A stretch of 64,000 bases of DNA, taken from NCBI GenBank assembly GCA_050575255.1, contig JBNZDD010013683.1, positions 3,662,929-3,726,928 of the forward strand. The letters run 5' to 3'. Below the pieces are notes generated by a model, which was not told where the DNA came from, ran no database searches, and was given only the letters and a program-made list of their open reading frames with translations. The position numbers and the translations under genes were made by a program. Position 1 is the stretch's first letter. Each line of letters begins with the position of its first letter. This document shows positions 25,262 through 38,649 of this stretch, one piece after another. The DNA comes from Harriotta raleighana. Its lineage: Eukaryota.

Positions 25262-25586
25262 ATAATAATAATACTTGCAGTTTTTGATATAGAGCTTTTC
25301 ACGTCTTCTAGACATCTCAAACCGTGTCACAGAATGTATTGTAAAGTGAGTTTACTGTATATTTGTGGGAGAAACGCAGCAGCCAATTGTGCACAGCAGT
25401 GTCCCACAAGCAGTTGTGGATTGAAATAACCAATTTTATTATTGTGGTTTCTTTGGAGGGATTATTATTAGACCTGTGGAGGAAGGAATATTGCCCAAGG
25501 TTTCGCACTGACCTGACCTGGTTGGATTCGAACACAGGTCTCACACTTGTAAGGTGAGTGATCTAACCACTGAGCTACAGGACTCC
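25262..25586 (-). mobile_element. Full-length young tRNA-Deu SINE
   Basis: Minus strand has A box TAGCTCAGTGG, B box GTTCGAATCC, Deu core and TAT-repeat tail. Confidence 0.9.
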
Positions 25587-27792
25587 ACAGTTAGTGGCGC
25601 CTTTGTAACTTGAATCAGAAATTATATTCACCTGAATGAATTTCATCCTTCGAGGACCAGTTGTAATCTCCCTGTCACTGCAAGACACTCTTCTAGTCAC
25701 CCACATAGCTTATTTTACTCCAATCATTTTCATACTCGCAGCATACAAACTTTTCACCGCCTTGGGACTTCCTCCTGACATGAAAGCTGCTAGACCTATG
25801 GAATTTAAATGTAATTTTGTTGTTGTTGTCTTCTCTCCTGAAAGTTTCCCAGGTGCAATCAGTTTTCTAACTGGTATTGATTTGATTTTACCCAATTTGC
25901 ATGTTATTCTTTTTAAGAAATTCCCAATTTCTTTCTGAGCTGCACCCCTGGGCATTGTATAAGGGTTTCTCCGTCTCCATTCCTGCACACAAGTCTTTGA
26001 TTGTTTTCAACCCTAGGGGTATAGTATTTATAATCATTCATTGAATTTATAATTGTTCTTGTTTATTCTATCCTTCTGCTCACAGCACCTAGGGATAGAA
26101 TTTCCACTTGAGTCCAGATTTACATTATTTTCCGTGGAGTCTGTGGAATTTAGCAAATTGTTGAATTCAGCCTCAACTTTGAAGCTAGCAGTTCTTAAAA
26201 GAATCTATATATATATATATATATTTTAGAAAGTTTGCTGTGGAAGATATATTCAGTTCTCTCTTCAAATAATAATAAATGAGATCTTTAATATCTTTCA
26301 AATGATATAATTTATGATGTATCACACCACCAGAACTGTAATGAAATGCCAGCCTAGACAAACTTCTGATGTGAGCTTGATTTTCCAGCCTTCTAGCCTG
26401 AAGGCAAGCCTTCCTGAATTTCTAATTATAATCATTCTTTATGATTCAGGCATCTGACCTAGATTTTGGTTTACACTTCTAGTGATGTACCCTGGTCGAA
26501 TTATGTTTCTCTCAGTCACACACCCCACCGTAGTCTTTTTCCACCATGTTTCTGTTTGCTCACAATCTTGTATTTCGACATCAGTGACTATCATTTCATA
26601 TCCTGTCCGTAACCATCTTTCTAGGTAACCTGTTCCAGTCATTAATTACCTCTTGAAATTGCCCTTCATCACCCTGAACCTTTGCCTCTTGTCCTAGTGT
26701 CTTTGATACATTTGAAAGTGTCGCCTGGGGTTTAGTTTCTTAATCACACATTGAACTGTTAAATGGAGTTACATGTATTTCTGAAATCAGCATCGTGCCT
26801 GGAAGGGAGAGACACTTACTCACTCCACTGAGCACCAGAAACACAACATCTCTATATTTAATTAAAACTTCACTTTGAAAGTTAACTATTGTTGGCCCTA
26901 AAAACCCTTCTGATGCAAGATAAAACATTCACAAGTGCAGTATATATATATATATATACACACACACACTCCTCACAGCGCCAGCTCCTCTCACTTTGGG
27001 AATGAAAAGAGCTCTATTAATGTAAGCTATACTGTATTGAATAGGTAGACAGGACCTCAGTTTAGCACCTCATTCAAAGAACAGCACCTCCAACAATCCA
27101 ACACACCACCCCTACTCCACCCCCTCCATTTACTGTATTTGCTTGTGGAAAATAATGACTCACATGGTGGCCAACACAGCTCACAAACCAGCTGTGTTAA
27201 CAAGTATAGAACCAACACATTATTGTTGAGATCTCACCTCGCCTGAGGATACTGTATGCATAGAGGGTCTTAACTCTCCTGAGAATTACTTATGACTGTT
27301 TATACCTAATGCATTTAAATCAATAGAGCTTCGCTAATGCTGCAATGCAAGGAAAAGCTATCAAGAGCATTCAGATTTACACATTTCATTAAGACTCTTC
27401 CCCTCTGGTTTCAATCTTCTCACAAATGATGTGCTAGTGAGCCTCCGCTGTATTTATTTGAGACAAATTGAATATTTAAAAAAACACTAGTTATCAAAAT
27501 CTGAAAGGAAATAGAAAAGCAACAATTTACAATTTCAGTATTTACCTGAGCACACAAGACAAGACCGTCCTCCTACCATGGAAACAGATAGAAGGGGAGG
27601 TTTGAGAGCGAAAAGCTAATGCCCTGGATCCCCGAGAGGCTTGGAATACCTACTGGTGGAAGGCATTCTTCCATTTGGCTCGTCCTCAGGTGACTGAGAT
27701 TGTAAATTCGGATCACATCACATTCTCCCAGACCAGAGAAACATTTGAAATTCAGGACCATTCCCCACAGTACTCAGAATAAACTACTGAGT

Positions 27793-27822
27793 TGTGTGTG
27801 TGTCTGTGTGTGTGTGTGTGTG
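27793..27822. repeat. (GT)n microsatellite
   Basis: Direct reading. Other dinucleotide runs at ~4040-4057, 22733-22775, 26206-26224, 26941-26969, 44353-44380, 44950-44987, 47145-47165 and 48102-48130. Confidence 0.9.
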
Positions 27823-28231
27823 AGTTGATTTTTTAAAATAAAAGCTACCATATTTATTAATAAACCCTTACCAACCTAAGTGTACAAGAGCAAATTGGTA
27901 CAAAATCTAAAGCACCATTGCCACACATTTGACAGTAAAGTGGAGGAGAAAGCAGGAATAATAGTCCCCCTCGGTCTTGGTGCAAATATAATTCAGTCCA
28001 TGCAACAGGGACTCCATACAGCAGCATCATCTTCTCAAAAACACTAACAAACTCATCTGCTGCTAACAATAGAACAGGAACCAGAGATCTCAACATTCCC
28101 CTTTTTCGTGCCAGCTGGAAAGAATTCCCGATCCTTTCCAACAGGAACTTCCTTGAGCTAATTTGGCAAATGTTCTGCTCCGCAAACTAACCCCATACTT
28201 TTTTTTTTTTCCCCCTAGACCCTGCTCTTAC

Positions 28232-28357
28232 TTGTGCACGAGTAGTCATCAACTCTGGTGTATCCTGGGAGGCAGTCACAGAGATACGATCCAGGCAAAT
28301 TCACACACACGGTGTTTGCATGGCAGTAGTGTGTGTCATTCGCACACTCATCTTTAT
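28232..28357 (-). CDS. NELL1: NELL1 internal exon, calcium-binding EGF-like domain (probably EGF2, human exon 13 equivalent)
   Basis: Minus strand reads ttattacag|AT AAA GAT GAG TGT...TCG TGC ACA A|gtaaga; 126 bp, phase 1/1. Translation (D)KDECANDTHYCHANTVCVNLPGSYLCDCLPGYTRVDDYSCT has six Cys and the cbEGF D-x-D-E-C / C-x-N-x4-Y-x-C signature. HYCHANTVCVNLPG matches NELL1 as I recall it, versus HYCRENTMCVNTPG in NELL2. Confidence 0.96.
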
Positions 28358-28514
28358 CTGTAATAAAATGGAGAGCAGACAAAGATTAGGGATTATGGAC
28401 CACAAGGTGACATGTGCACTTTGTTCTATCAGCGGCTGGAATGTTGATTAGGGTGTTAGGATGGGGATTTCTGTATCTGTATCTTCTGCAAATAACTGCA
28501 CGTTGGTGTAAACA

Positions 28515-28990
28515 GCTTGCATTTTATTTAGTGCCTTTCACATAGAGTGTGGTCGCACAGTGCTTTGGGACGTCCTCCCGACATGAACGACGTTATACAA
28601 GTGTAATTTTGTTGTTGTTGTAGTTGTTGTTGTTTACAGAGATGGTGCTGGACACTGTGAAGAGAGGAGAGAGGTGGCCGTAGGCGTGATTGAAGAGGTA
28701 GGTTTTGAAGGCGGCTTTTAAAGATAAATACGAGAAGTAGGATGAAACAATGGGACTGAAGGAAGGGGGAGCTCCAGAGGATGGGAGGATGGTAACTGAA
28801 GGCTCAGCTACCAATGATCAGAAAGAAGAGACGCGGCGGGTCTGAAATTTCCAAGCAGAGGAGACGAAGCAGAAGGCTGAGGCCAGAGAAGATCGTCACG
28901 ATAGGGAGATGTGAGAGCACAAAGGGATTTGAAGCCATGAATACGAGGATCAGGAAGTTGATCTTCTAGTAGAGTCTGACAAGAGCGGTT
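28515..28990 (-). mobile_element. L2 LINE 3' fragment containing an oppositely oriented L2 tail (~28566-28635)
   Basis: Minus-strand peptide LKAAFKTYLFNHAY (L2 ORF2 C-terminus). Plus-strand GGGACGTCCTCCCGACATGAA...TTTTGTTGTTG sits inside its 3' UTR. Confidence 0.75.
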
Positions 28991-29483
28991 GTAAAGGACA
29001 GGAATGAAAGGAGCATTTGAATAACTGTGAAATACTAACAGTATTACAATTAAATTCCCAAGTTGATGTTCGATCGATCCATTGTCCAGGTTTCCCTTCT
29101 ATTTTGTGTTTGATGCAGCAGTTCTTGGTCAGAAAATCTGTTTAAGTTACCAGGTTCAATGATGGTTCATACCAATTGGGAGATTCTTATCCCAAAGGTC
29201 TAACTATTCCTATTTGGTTTCCCTTCAGATAATTCGAAACAAATCAAGTTCTCAGAACGAAAACCCCAGACAATATAATATATTAACAGTGTCACATATA
29301 ATTTCCAGGACACAAGGTAGTTTACTCCCGTGATATTTCTGCAAATGTAGACGAATATGATCAAGACCTTCTTGATCCAATTCTATGGTTTGCTCACATA
29401 GTGAACCACTGCTGCTGTCCACAAAATTTCTAGCAGCTACTGTCTGCCAAACAGAGGTTCATTAATGTCACTTAAGCCAAAAC

Positions 29484-29700
29484 GACAACTATTTACATTT
29501 ATATAGTGCCTTTCACATTGGAGGTACATCAGAAACCCACCACACAACTGCACTGGAAGTCTGAACCGGGGGAGGACAAAGTATCCAAAAGCTTTGTCAA
29601 AGAGATAGATTATAAGGGCGGGTTTTGAAATTGAAGAGGAATTTCCAGAGAGCGGGGCCAGAAAGGCTGCTGGCTCGCTTCCCATAAACGAAAGGTAAAA
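29484..29700 (-). mobile_element. L2 LINE 3' fragment (diverged)
   Basis: CAACAACTATTTACATTTATATAGTGCCTTTCAC tail and minus-strand KPALIIYLFDKAF peptide. Confidence 0.65.
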
Positions 29701-32700
29701 AACTAAGAGCCAGCAATGCTGGAGGGTTCGTGTGAATCTAGCAGTAGAGTGAAACAGAACTTCTCAGAATAACACTTATGTTACTGGCACCACGTCACCA
29801 AAAAAAAGCTCCTTGTAACATAAAGCAAATTTTCTGCAACATTTAACAAGGCATTTCTGCTGGATTGTCTAAATATACAGTTCCTTCCAGTCAGCACAGC
29901 TTCTATCAAAAATACATTCAACTTGGATTCTAATTGTGGGGTCACCAAGGAGTAGAAAACAATTATTCAAAACACTTATCATTCAACAAAGCACCCGAAT
30001 CAACAAGACACATACCTTCCTTCTGCTAATTATTACATTCAAACCAGAGCATCACTTAAGACTACGACATTTTAAAATGTAATGGAAGGAAAACACACTA
30101 ATTCCTTGCTGTACTGCGCACCGTGGGAGTCATAAGAAACTACAGGCAACGCTGTGCAAGCATCCACTTCATTTCTGCAGGGAGCTATCCACCATCTAAC
30201 ATTTAACAAACTGCAGTACATTTGTTGCAGTGTAGCCTACTCTTCATATCTTTTTCTTTCAAACAATGGGGTGGGGGGGGTGAGGTGATTTAAGAAAATG
30301 TTAAAAAATGAATAAGTACAGAATTTTAACACTAGAATTAATTCTGTTTAAAAATAGAGTTTGTTAGAGGAAATAACCCAGTTATTACTGAAAGTCCTTT
30401 GGGTCCTACTTTAGATAGCGCTTCAACCGGATTAAATCCATTGAAAATCCAACTGCCAGGACAAGAAGACGTATTTTATAAGAAACATTGACTGTTCTAT
30501 CAGTGAATGTATTATAAATGATACCTTTCAATGAATTTAAGGGGCAATCTAATATCAAGTTGCAAATGATGCATGAAAATTGCTTCGCTTTTGCTCTTGT
30601 GGTTTATTATCTGTTCTCATTAATTAGGTTACAGTCTTGTGTAGCGATTGTTATTTCACAGTAATCGGTAATAGATTATAACTCAATAAATTTGAGTGGC
30701 GCATGACAAACTGTTAATCTGTCAGTGTGATTATAACAAAACATTTGTGGCAATTGCCCTTGTCACTGTCCATCATAACTTCTGCCGCAAGCAACATAAA
30801 AAACATACAAAATTTTGCCCGCAAAAAACTCCATACAACTTTATGTAAAATAGCAGTGGTACAATTTAGGGTTAGGTTTAGGGTTAGGAATATTGATACT
30901 TCAACAATAATCTTAATGTTAGGTTACAAATAATAATTATGAAAGGCTAATAATTATGAACCCATGGCATTTTTGTACATTTTACAAAGAGATTTCTTTT
31001 ACAAAAGAAATTTGTACATGGCATGGATGGTGACATCCCCAAACTACACTCTTCAGCCATGAAACTTCACACAGCATCAGTCTTCCCATCAGCTAGTCTC
31101 TGCCTGATTACCAAGCACTGGTATCCTGAGTTAGTAGACGGACTACAACAGTACTGAAAAGAAATGCACAACAAGTCGTTCCCATTTGTAAGAGCCACAA
31201 ACACTGAAACACATCCTAGTTTGGTTAATTTTCTTCAGAGATCTGCATGCAACTTGCAGTAAAGAGCATATTCTTTAAACGAAGAGTATGAGTGGCACAA
31301 ATGGGAACAGAAGAGATTCTATTGATGTTAGTCTCTTTGGTTAGGGAAGATTCATTTTTTTTTTGCACCGGACAGTGGATCACTGATGCCTCAGAATTCA
31401 AATGCAATGTCAGTGCTAGCATAAAATCAATGATTTTACTCAGTGAACTTCGATGCAATGCATAATTTATTTCAATACTGTTGTACACTGAGTACAAGAG
31501 CAAGGATAATGGTAGGATAACCTGAGATGCGCAGTTTCCTAGGGGAATCCAATTCTAGTCAGCAGGTGAAGCACATTAGAGCAGTATCCCACCTATTATT
31601 ATTACTAGTAGTACTGTAGTAGAAGTAATAATACGAATGTTGAATAATGTCAAGTGGAATCACTGTTATATAAAGGCCCAAATTATACTTATTGCCTTTG
31701 AATAATCTGCACTATTTAAACCACTTTTAATTATGTAAGGATTACTCCTCAAATCCTATTTCTGTGACCCAGCCTATAGCCCTCTCTTCTCCCTTCCATC
31801 GACTGCTTGGTGTCTAGCCTCATTCCCTGTAAAGCACTCAGGAACATTTATCCTACCTGAAGGGCACTTATACAAATGTAAATTGTGGTTATATTGTAAA
31901 TAGTCTACTGTGCTTCAGAAACAATTAAAGAACGGAATAAATCTGAAGCAATCAGTAGGACAATCACATATTTGGAGCCCCCAATTAGACGAGTCTTAAA
32001 TTTGGCACTGGTTTGCTGTTGGTATCATTTCTGCTGATAGAATCAATAGCATACTTTACGTAAATTTTCATTCAGCTGATTTCAGTGCCCCATCGAGTTA
32101 AATGATTAAAAAAAAATCCACTCACACTGCATTAATCTACTTCTAAAAATTAGTCATCTGCAATCTCAAGCTAATCAAACAATGTTAGATTGAGTGGATC
32201 CTATAGGGAACAGTGGAGAGATAGCACAATTAAAACAATGGCTTCGAACAGCACGCACTGTTGCTTTAGCAGCAGCAATGGGTCACTGCTCTATCACAGC
32301 AACTCAGTCCATGTCAAAGAATTTTGCCCCAATTTAGATTGACCAAATGATTCAAAGATGTTAGAACCCTGCTGCGTTTGATGCTATGAAGTCTGATAAA
32401 ATTACCAAGCTGAGAGATCCAAGCACAGCGACAACCTTAAAAGACGTTGCATCACGACTCCTTATCTTAGCTGCCATTTAAATCGGTGAAATACTATAAC
32501 ACTGTCACTCGGTTCTGCGTTTTCTCATGTCGAAATGTCTCAAAGCCTTTCACAGCTGTGCTCCCGCAGGGAAATGAGACAGCTAAACTGCATCAGTAAT
32601 GTACCAAACTTCAATGAGATGAATGGCCAATTCATGTGATTTCTCGGATGTATTTGCACGAGGGGGGGAACAGTAGCAAAGCCTCTGTGGGAACGCTTTG

Positions 32701-32744
32701 CTCTTCTTTAAAACGCTATATTCAATGTCTACCAGAACAGGAGG

Positions 32745-32892
32745 TCAGAAGGGTTCTGACGAAGGATGGTGGACCCAAAACGTTGACGAACCTTCCCTTA
32801 TGGTGCATACAGTAGATGATGCCTGACCTGCCGAGTCAGCAATTTCCATTTTGGGTTTTGGACTTCCAGCATCTGCATTATTTTCTGTTTGG
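32745..32892 (+). mobile_element. Second Penelope-like repeat copy with a decayed hammerhead motif
   Basis: GTTCTGACGAAGGATGGTGGACCCAAAACGTTGAC...GATGCCTGACCTGCCGAGT...TTCCAGCATCTGCA, the reverse-complement homologue of 19700-19845. Confidence 0.72.
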
Positions 32893-35134
32893 GGAATTTT
32901 AAGATGTCTTATCCAAGATCGGTACATGAAAATAGGAGGAAAATTGAATGTATTTAATTTCGCATTAACTGTTAAGAGTCAAGGTGAACGGTTGCTGGTC
33001 AATTGTTAATTGCTAATGTCATGCCAGTTTCATGAACAGAGCAAGATTAGCACAAACGAGCTGACAGCAGAGCTTTAACCTTCGAAAGCCCTAGGTGCAT
33101 CAACACATGGCTTAGAAATGAATACCGACACCAAAACACCCAATACGTAGGTGAGCAGATTTTTTTTCCTTGTGTGTCGAGATGCAGCAATCACGTCTCT
33201 GGTAAGATTCAATGAGTTTCAAACCAAACCAAACTAGGTCTGTGAACTGTCAGAGTTACTTGTAGAGTTTGTCTCTTCTCGGCCCCCCTCCACGCCCCTC
33301 CCCACTCTGCGCCCTCCCTTCCTCCATCTCCCAGGGATCTTTGTACTGTAAAGATCAATATAGTTCCTGAGGTTCAAAGAGCTAAACTAAGATCCTGGTT
33401 ATGCACTGCTGGAGGTGAAGCATTAAATAATGGGGAGTCATCTTAAATCTGTCCATCACACAGTAAGAATGGAAACCATTACAAAGTGAGAATGCAGTTT
33501 TATTTCTCTACAGAACTCATTTGTAGGGTTGTAAGAGATAGAAAGAAAACTACTGCCTTTCCAAACCTTTTTTTAAAAAAATTTCCTCCAATTTCAGGAC
33601 GTAAAATCTACCCGCAATGCAGGCTCCCTCCTGGATCTTACATAAAATAATAAAAGGGAAGGAAGAGAATTTCAAATGAACGTCCCATACCCTTTTATGA
33701 ATTAAAAATGAATTCATTTTGTGTTCAGCATTACACCATCAAATACGCTCCAGGCTCAAACAAAAAAAAAGAGTTTATATGCTGGAAAATAGTGATTTAT
33801 ATACATGGTTTAAATGTTCTAAGGGGAGGGGAAGAACAATTAGGTTTCGACCCATTTTGGCCTTCTGGGAGGTAGTCAAGGAAGTTCCACAGATGATTCA
33901 GTCAAAACCTCAGGGGGTCCTTTCTCTTCTTGGTAAAGGGTAATTAAAGAATTTAGGGTTGAGAACTCATAGGGAAGTGAACTTTATTGGTCGCAGTACA
34001 CATTAAAAGATGTGACACGTTTTAAGAAAAAGACTCCACTTTTTATGCCAAGTCTTCTGAGAGAGCTCAAGAGAAGGTCTCACTTTTTCCAAGGAATATT
34101 TTTTGCTCTTTCCCAAGGTGCTAACATGCAAAATAATGCTTTTAGGTACAGAACTAAACAACATTCGTGACAATATTAATGCAAAGTAATTTAGATGTAA
34201 CTCTGGCACACTCGGAAGAAGTGAAACATAACTCTCTTGTCGATCGTTTTAGCATTCATGCAGAGGATGCTGAATAATCCATGAAAAAAATAAGCCTGAA
34301 TCACACAATGTCCTAGTTCCATCATTCAAACAATATTAAGCTAATGTCCACACTAGTACTGCATGCATGGCAACTGCAGAAAATATTAAACACAAAATTT
34401 GTTCATGTTCTTGATATACATCACATGGTTGTATGTGATTCTTTCCTGCTGTGTATACTCATCTCAATGAAAATACAGAACTTCCCTTATAATTCTGCAC
34501 TACTATAAATTATAATGCCAGCTCTAACTAATGAACACCAATGATTTCTGATGCAGTCAGTCAATCAGTCAGTCTGAAGACAGAGAGCAGCACACAAAGT
34601 CTTTCCGTTCTACGAATGAATGTCAACCAACAACCAAAGCCAAAATGTCAGGTGCTATCAGGAAATTGATAGACACATTAACAGCAACAACTTGCACTTG
34701 TATAGTACTCTCCACACAGGGTAATGTCTCAGAGCACTTAACAGTGGAGGTGCCTGACTCCAACCTGGATGGAGGCAGCGATCTTAAACGTGGTCGAAAG
34801 GGAAGGTTTTCAGGTGGGACTTGAAAAAGGTTGGACAAGTTTGGGGATTGAGAGTGGGATACATACAGCAGGGAATTTTCACTCATCTGAACAGTCAGAT
34901 TTTCATCAGCACAGCATTCCTACAGCCAAATACTCATCAGCTATGAGAGTCTTCACTCATACCACGCTGCTCTATAAGTATAAATGAATCAATATTTTTT
35001 TTTCCCCCAAAGCAACACATTTCCTTCCTCCCTCTCACCCTTGCCCCCACTACAAAGCAGACATTACAATTTCAAGTAATAAAGCAAATCGACTAATTTT
35101 TAAGCACTTATTGAAACATTTCATTATTAATGTT

Positions 35135-35395
35135 AGTTAGACAGTGCTCTTGCCTCTGGGTCAAAAGATTGTAAGATTGCCCTACACCAGTCCTTAAATT
35201 TATAATCTAAGATGACATTTTCAGTGCAGCACCGAGGATGCAGAGTACTGAATTGATGGAAGTTAATGTTCAGGCTCTTTCTTCAGATGACATTTAAGCA
35301 ACATCTCATCCGCCTGTTCTGGTGATTTAGATGGACGTAACTGATCCCACAACATGATTTAGAAGAGCAGTGAGTTCTCCCAGTGTCCCGGGTTT
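35135..35395 (+). mobile_element. Old SacSINE1/AmnSINE-like Deu SINE (head and middle region)
   Basis: CTCTTGCCTCTGGGTCAAAAG head, CAGTGCAGCACCGAGG, ATGGACGTAACTGATCCCA, AGAAGAGCAGTGAGTTCTCCCAGTGTCC. Related pieces near 26240-26420, 32500-32740, 50360-50470, 56045-56125 and 60000-60210. Confidence 0.72.
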
Positions 35396-36019
35396 GACGA
35401 TGGAATGGACGGACATAAGGAGGGTGATCTGGAGCAATACAATCAAATGATCAGAAGCATATTCTTCATCTGAACCCTCTCCCGTGATAGCCCTCCTTCT
35501 ACAAAATTACCACACAAAGAAAAGGCACACATTAACTGTACTTTCGTTTCACTGCTGTTTGTAGTGAAATCCTGCTGCCATGTAGCCCTACATTGACACC
35601 TTCTACATTTCCGAGGATCTCATCAGGAGTTCTCTTGAGCTCCTTTCAAAACTAACTGGTTAAGGTGCTGTATTGAACACCCCAAGCAAACACTGTATAA
35701 CAAGCACTTTTGCAGCTCATTCCATGTCAGCATTTTCATGCTCCGCAAAATGAAATGGGTTGCAAAAAAATGTTTCAATTTCAATTTAGCTTCAATAAAA
35801 ATGGGCAGGCTGTGCATAAAGCGATACGAACAAGGTGAGTGTCTTCACTGGATGAAATAGCCATGGGGGCTTTAAATAAGAACAAATTTCTGGTCATGAA
35901 CGATATCAATTTAATTTCAACGATGAAAGTATTCAAAAGTCTCACTACATCTGTTGCTGATCGTCTATAACTGTGCTAAGTGCAAGTTCCACTCTCTTGA
36001 AGTCCATCCCTGAATCTCT

Positions 36020-36330
36020 TTGCCTCTTCTTGTCCCTTCCCTTGCCTCCTTTGAGGTCCATCTGAAGACCCTCCTCTTCGACTGTTCCATCGATCACTCC
36101 GAATTCTCCCGTTCCCTTCCACCCTCACTGTCCCCAGCTCGGGTCTGAAACAGGTCATGACTGTCCAGTGTCTTGGGATGTCCTACTGACATGAAAGGCG
36201 CTATACAAGTGTAATTTTGTTNCCCTCACTGTCCCCAGCTCGGGTCTGAAACAGTGACTGTCCAGTATCTTGGGATGTCCTACTGACATGAAAGGCGCTA
36301 TACAAATGTAATTTTGTTGTTGCTGTTGTT
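36020..36330 (+). mobile_element. L2 3' end, duplicated across the N at 36222
   Basis: GGGATGTCCTACTGACATGAAAGGCGCTATACAA tail occurs once on each side of a single N. Confidence 0.8.
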
Positions 36331-38649
36331 AACGATCATCTTTACCCCTTCCTGATTTTGTTTCCGTCTCTTTCTGCCCATTTAAAACATTTCTTTTCAA
36401 CTGGTGGCATTCGTGTGATTCTGACTGTTACCTTGAAAGGCAACACTAAGCCTGACAGTCTGAAGGAGCTGAATTAGCAAATTTACAGTTCAAAATGTCA
36501 AGACCTTTGAATCATGCTGGAGTCAGTGTCGATTTGTACCAATGTCAGTTTAGCATCCCATTCAGCGCAAGGTCATTGCCAACTGGAAATGAGAAACCAT
36601 GGTTAAAGCTAATAACAATTATTTTCAACTGTACATGATGGTGGGGTTTTGGGGGGAGGAGGAAGGAAGACTCAAAGAAAATCAATAGCATCACAGCTGT
36701 AAAAGGCAAGGAGTAACGTAGCCATATTTTATGAACAAAGCAAATAATCCTACTTTTTCCTTCACAAGACGAGGCCGATTTCAAATTAGATGGCAATTCC
36801 CAATCTTGAAAAAAATATTGCACTGTTTTCCCCGTTTCGGATATTTAGAGATGTTAAAAAGCCATAAACCAAGTGCCCAACTCATGCAAAACTTTAGACT
36901 GCACATGCCCAGGTTTTATAGAAGTAATAATTTTTAAAATGGATTACATTTACGAAACACGTAGGTTTCGGAAATTGAATACAACTGTGAAGCATTTTTC
37001 TACCATTTCCATTGAAAACCTTAAACTAGATATTGTTATTGTAGATATTGTTCTCTATGAGAAAGGGATACAGTAGCATCACAGGCATGGAAAGGCTTTA
37101 TGCAATTAAAATATTGCAAACAGTGAACAATCAATAGAAAAGTATGTGATTGAATAAAACAAGCCATATTTAAATACCCCACAGAATCTCTTTACCGCTA
37201 TCTTAATCCATCTTAATCCTGACAAACCAGTTTTGTTTTTACATTTTATTGGACTTCTGACATTTGACCCCAATCAATGACACAAACGTTTTACATTCTG
37301 CTCGACAAGTTATATACAGGGATAATAATAAACAAATCTGCAACATTCAGAGCCAAGGGACACAAAACATTATAAATGCTATTTATGTGCAAACAATTTT
37401 TTATCTTTCTTCACCTTTTGGACTCACAAGACTGTAATGCTTTCAGAACATATTTATGAGCAGATGGTTTCGATTTATTTTTAATAAGTTTAGGATTCTA
37501 AAAATCAAATAAANATTATAAATGCTATTTATGTGCAAACAATTTTTTATCTTTCTTCACCTTTTGGACTCACAAGACTGTAATGCTTTCAGAACATATT
37601 TATGGTTTCGATTTATTTTTAATAAGTTTAGGATTCTAAAAATCAAATAAACTTTACTCCTTATTTCTACCTATTCAGGACTTCTTCAATGACATGGACA
37701 ACTCCGAGTTGAGACTATAGAATGTTTTCTGACCTAATCCTAGCCCTAAAATTGCAGCCTTGAATGTTCCTCCCATCTTGCTAGAACTAAGCAATGGATT
37801 GACAGGCGAACAAAATGACAAGACGAAGAATTTTGGTCTGGTAGGAATCAGGAGTGCAAATCCTGTGTCCCACCAGAAAAAAGCTAGTCTCTTTTCCACA
37901 TTCTCTCTGTAAAACTGCATTTAGGCAAATCAGCTACAGCACTTTCCCTTGCAGGTAACAATGCATGAAATGTAACAGTAATGAGCAGGATACAATCAAG
38001 AAGTATTTTATCACAAGAGAACAAGATTGGTTTGCATGAAGAAGGCACTCTGCGGATTAGGTCTCATCTATACTATCTTGTGCGTGTGTGCTAGATGCAA
38101 CAACAACAACAACAACTTCAATTTATGTAGCACCCTCCACGCCGGATGGCGTCTCAGAGCGCTTAAAATGCACAAGTCAGGAATCAAGTCTAGCGACATT
38201 GATAAGAGGATTAGAAAATGCTATCAAACCGTGTTAGGAACAAAAGTTATGACAGAATTTTCTGGCAAATTTTGAAGCTGTACTTAAAACAATTGTGAGT
38301 GAATTCAACCAGTTAGTTAGTTTCAATTATAGCAATTCAACGGATGTATTATTCATTGCTCTAAAAAAATACTTCCAGTTGCAGAAAGTTGATAGGCTCT
38401 GACAGATGAATTATTGGCTAGAATTTCTGTGTTATATTATTTTAGTGAAGTTGGCTAAAATGGCATAATTGAATGGGAAGCCATCTCGGGCTCCATGGAA
38501 AATAACTAGCTACTGTGTTTTGCTCAACACAGACTATGCTTGAATATTCTGCAAATACTGTACAAGCATGAGATATTTCAGATTGAATAATAATAATATT
38601 ATTTGTAAGATTTGTACTCCAGGAACAAGAAAAAGTTTGCTTAACAGAT

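Larger units (their letters stand above)
16526..28231 (-). other. NELL1: NELL1 intron (~11.7 kb, GT-AG, phase 1)
   Basis: Bounded by the donor GTAAGA of the upstream exon and the pyrimidine tract/CAG acceptor of the downstream exon. Confidence 0.9.

Noticed and set aside
30865-30888. Interstitial telomere
   Set aside because: Only about four imperfect units.
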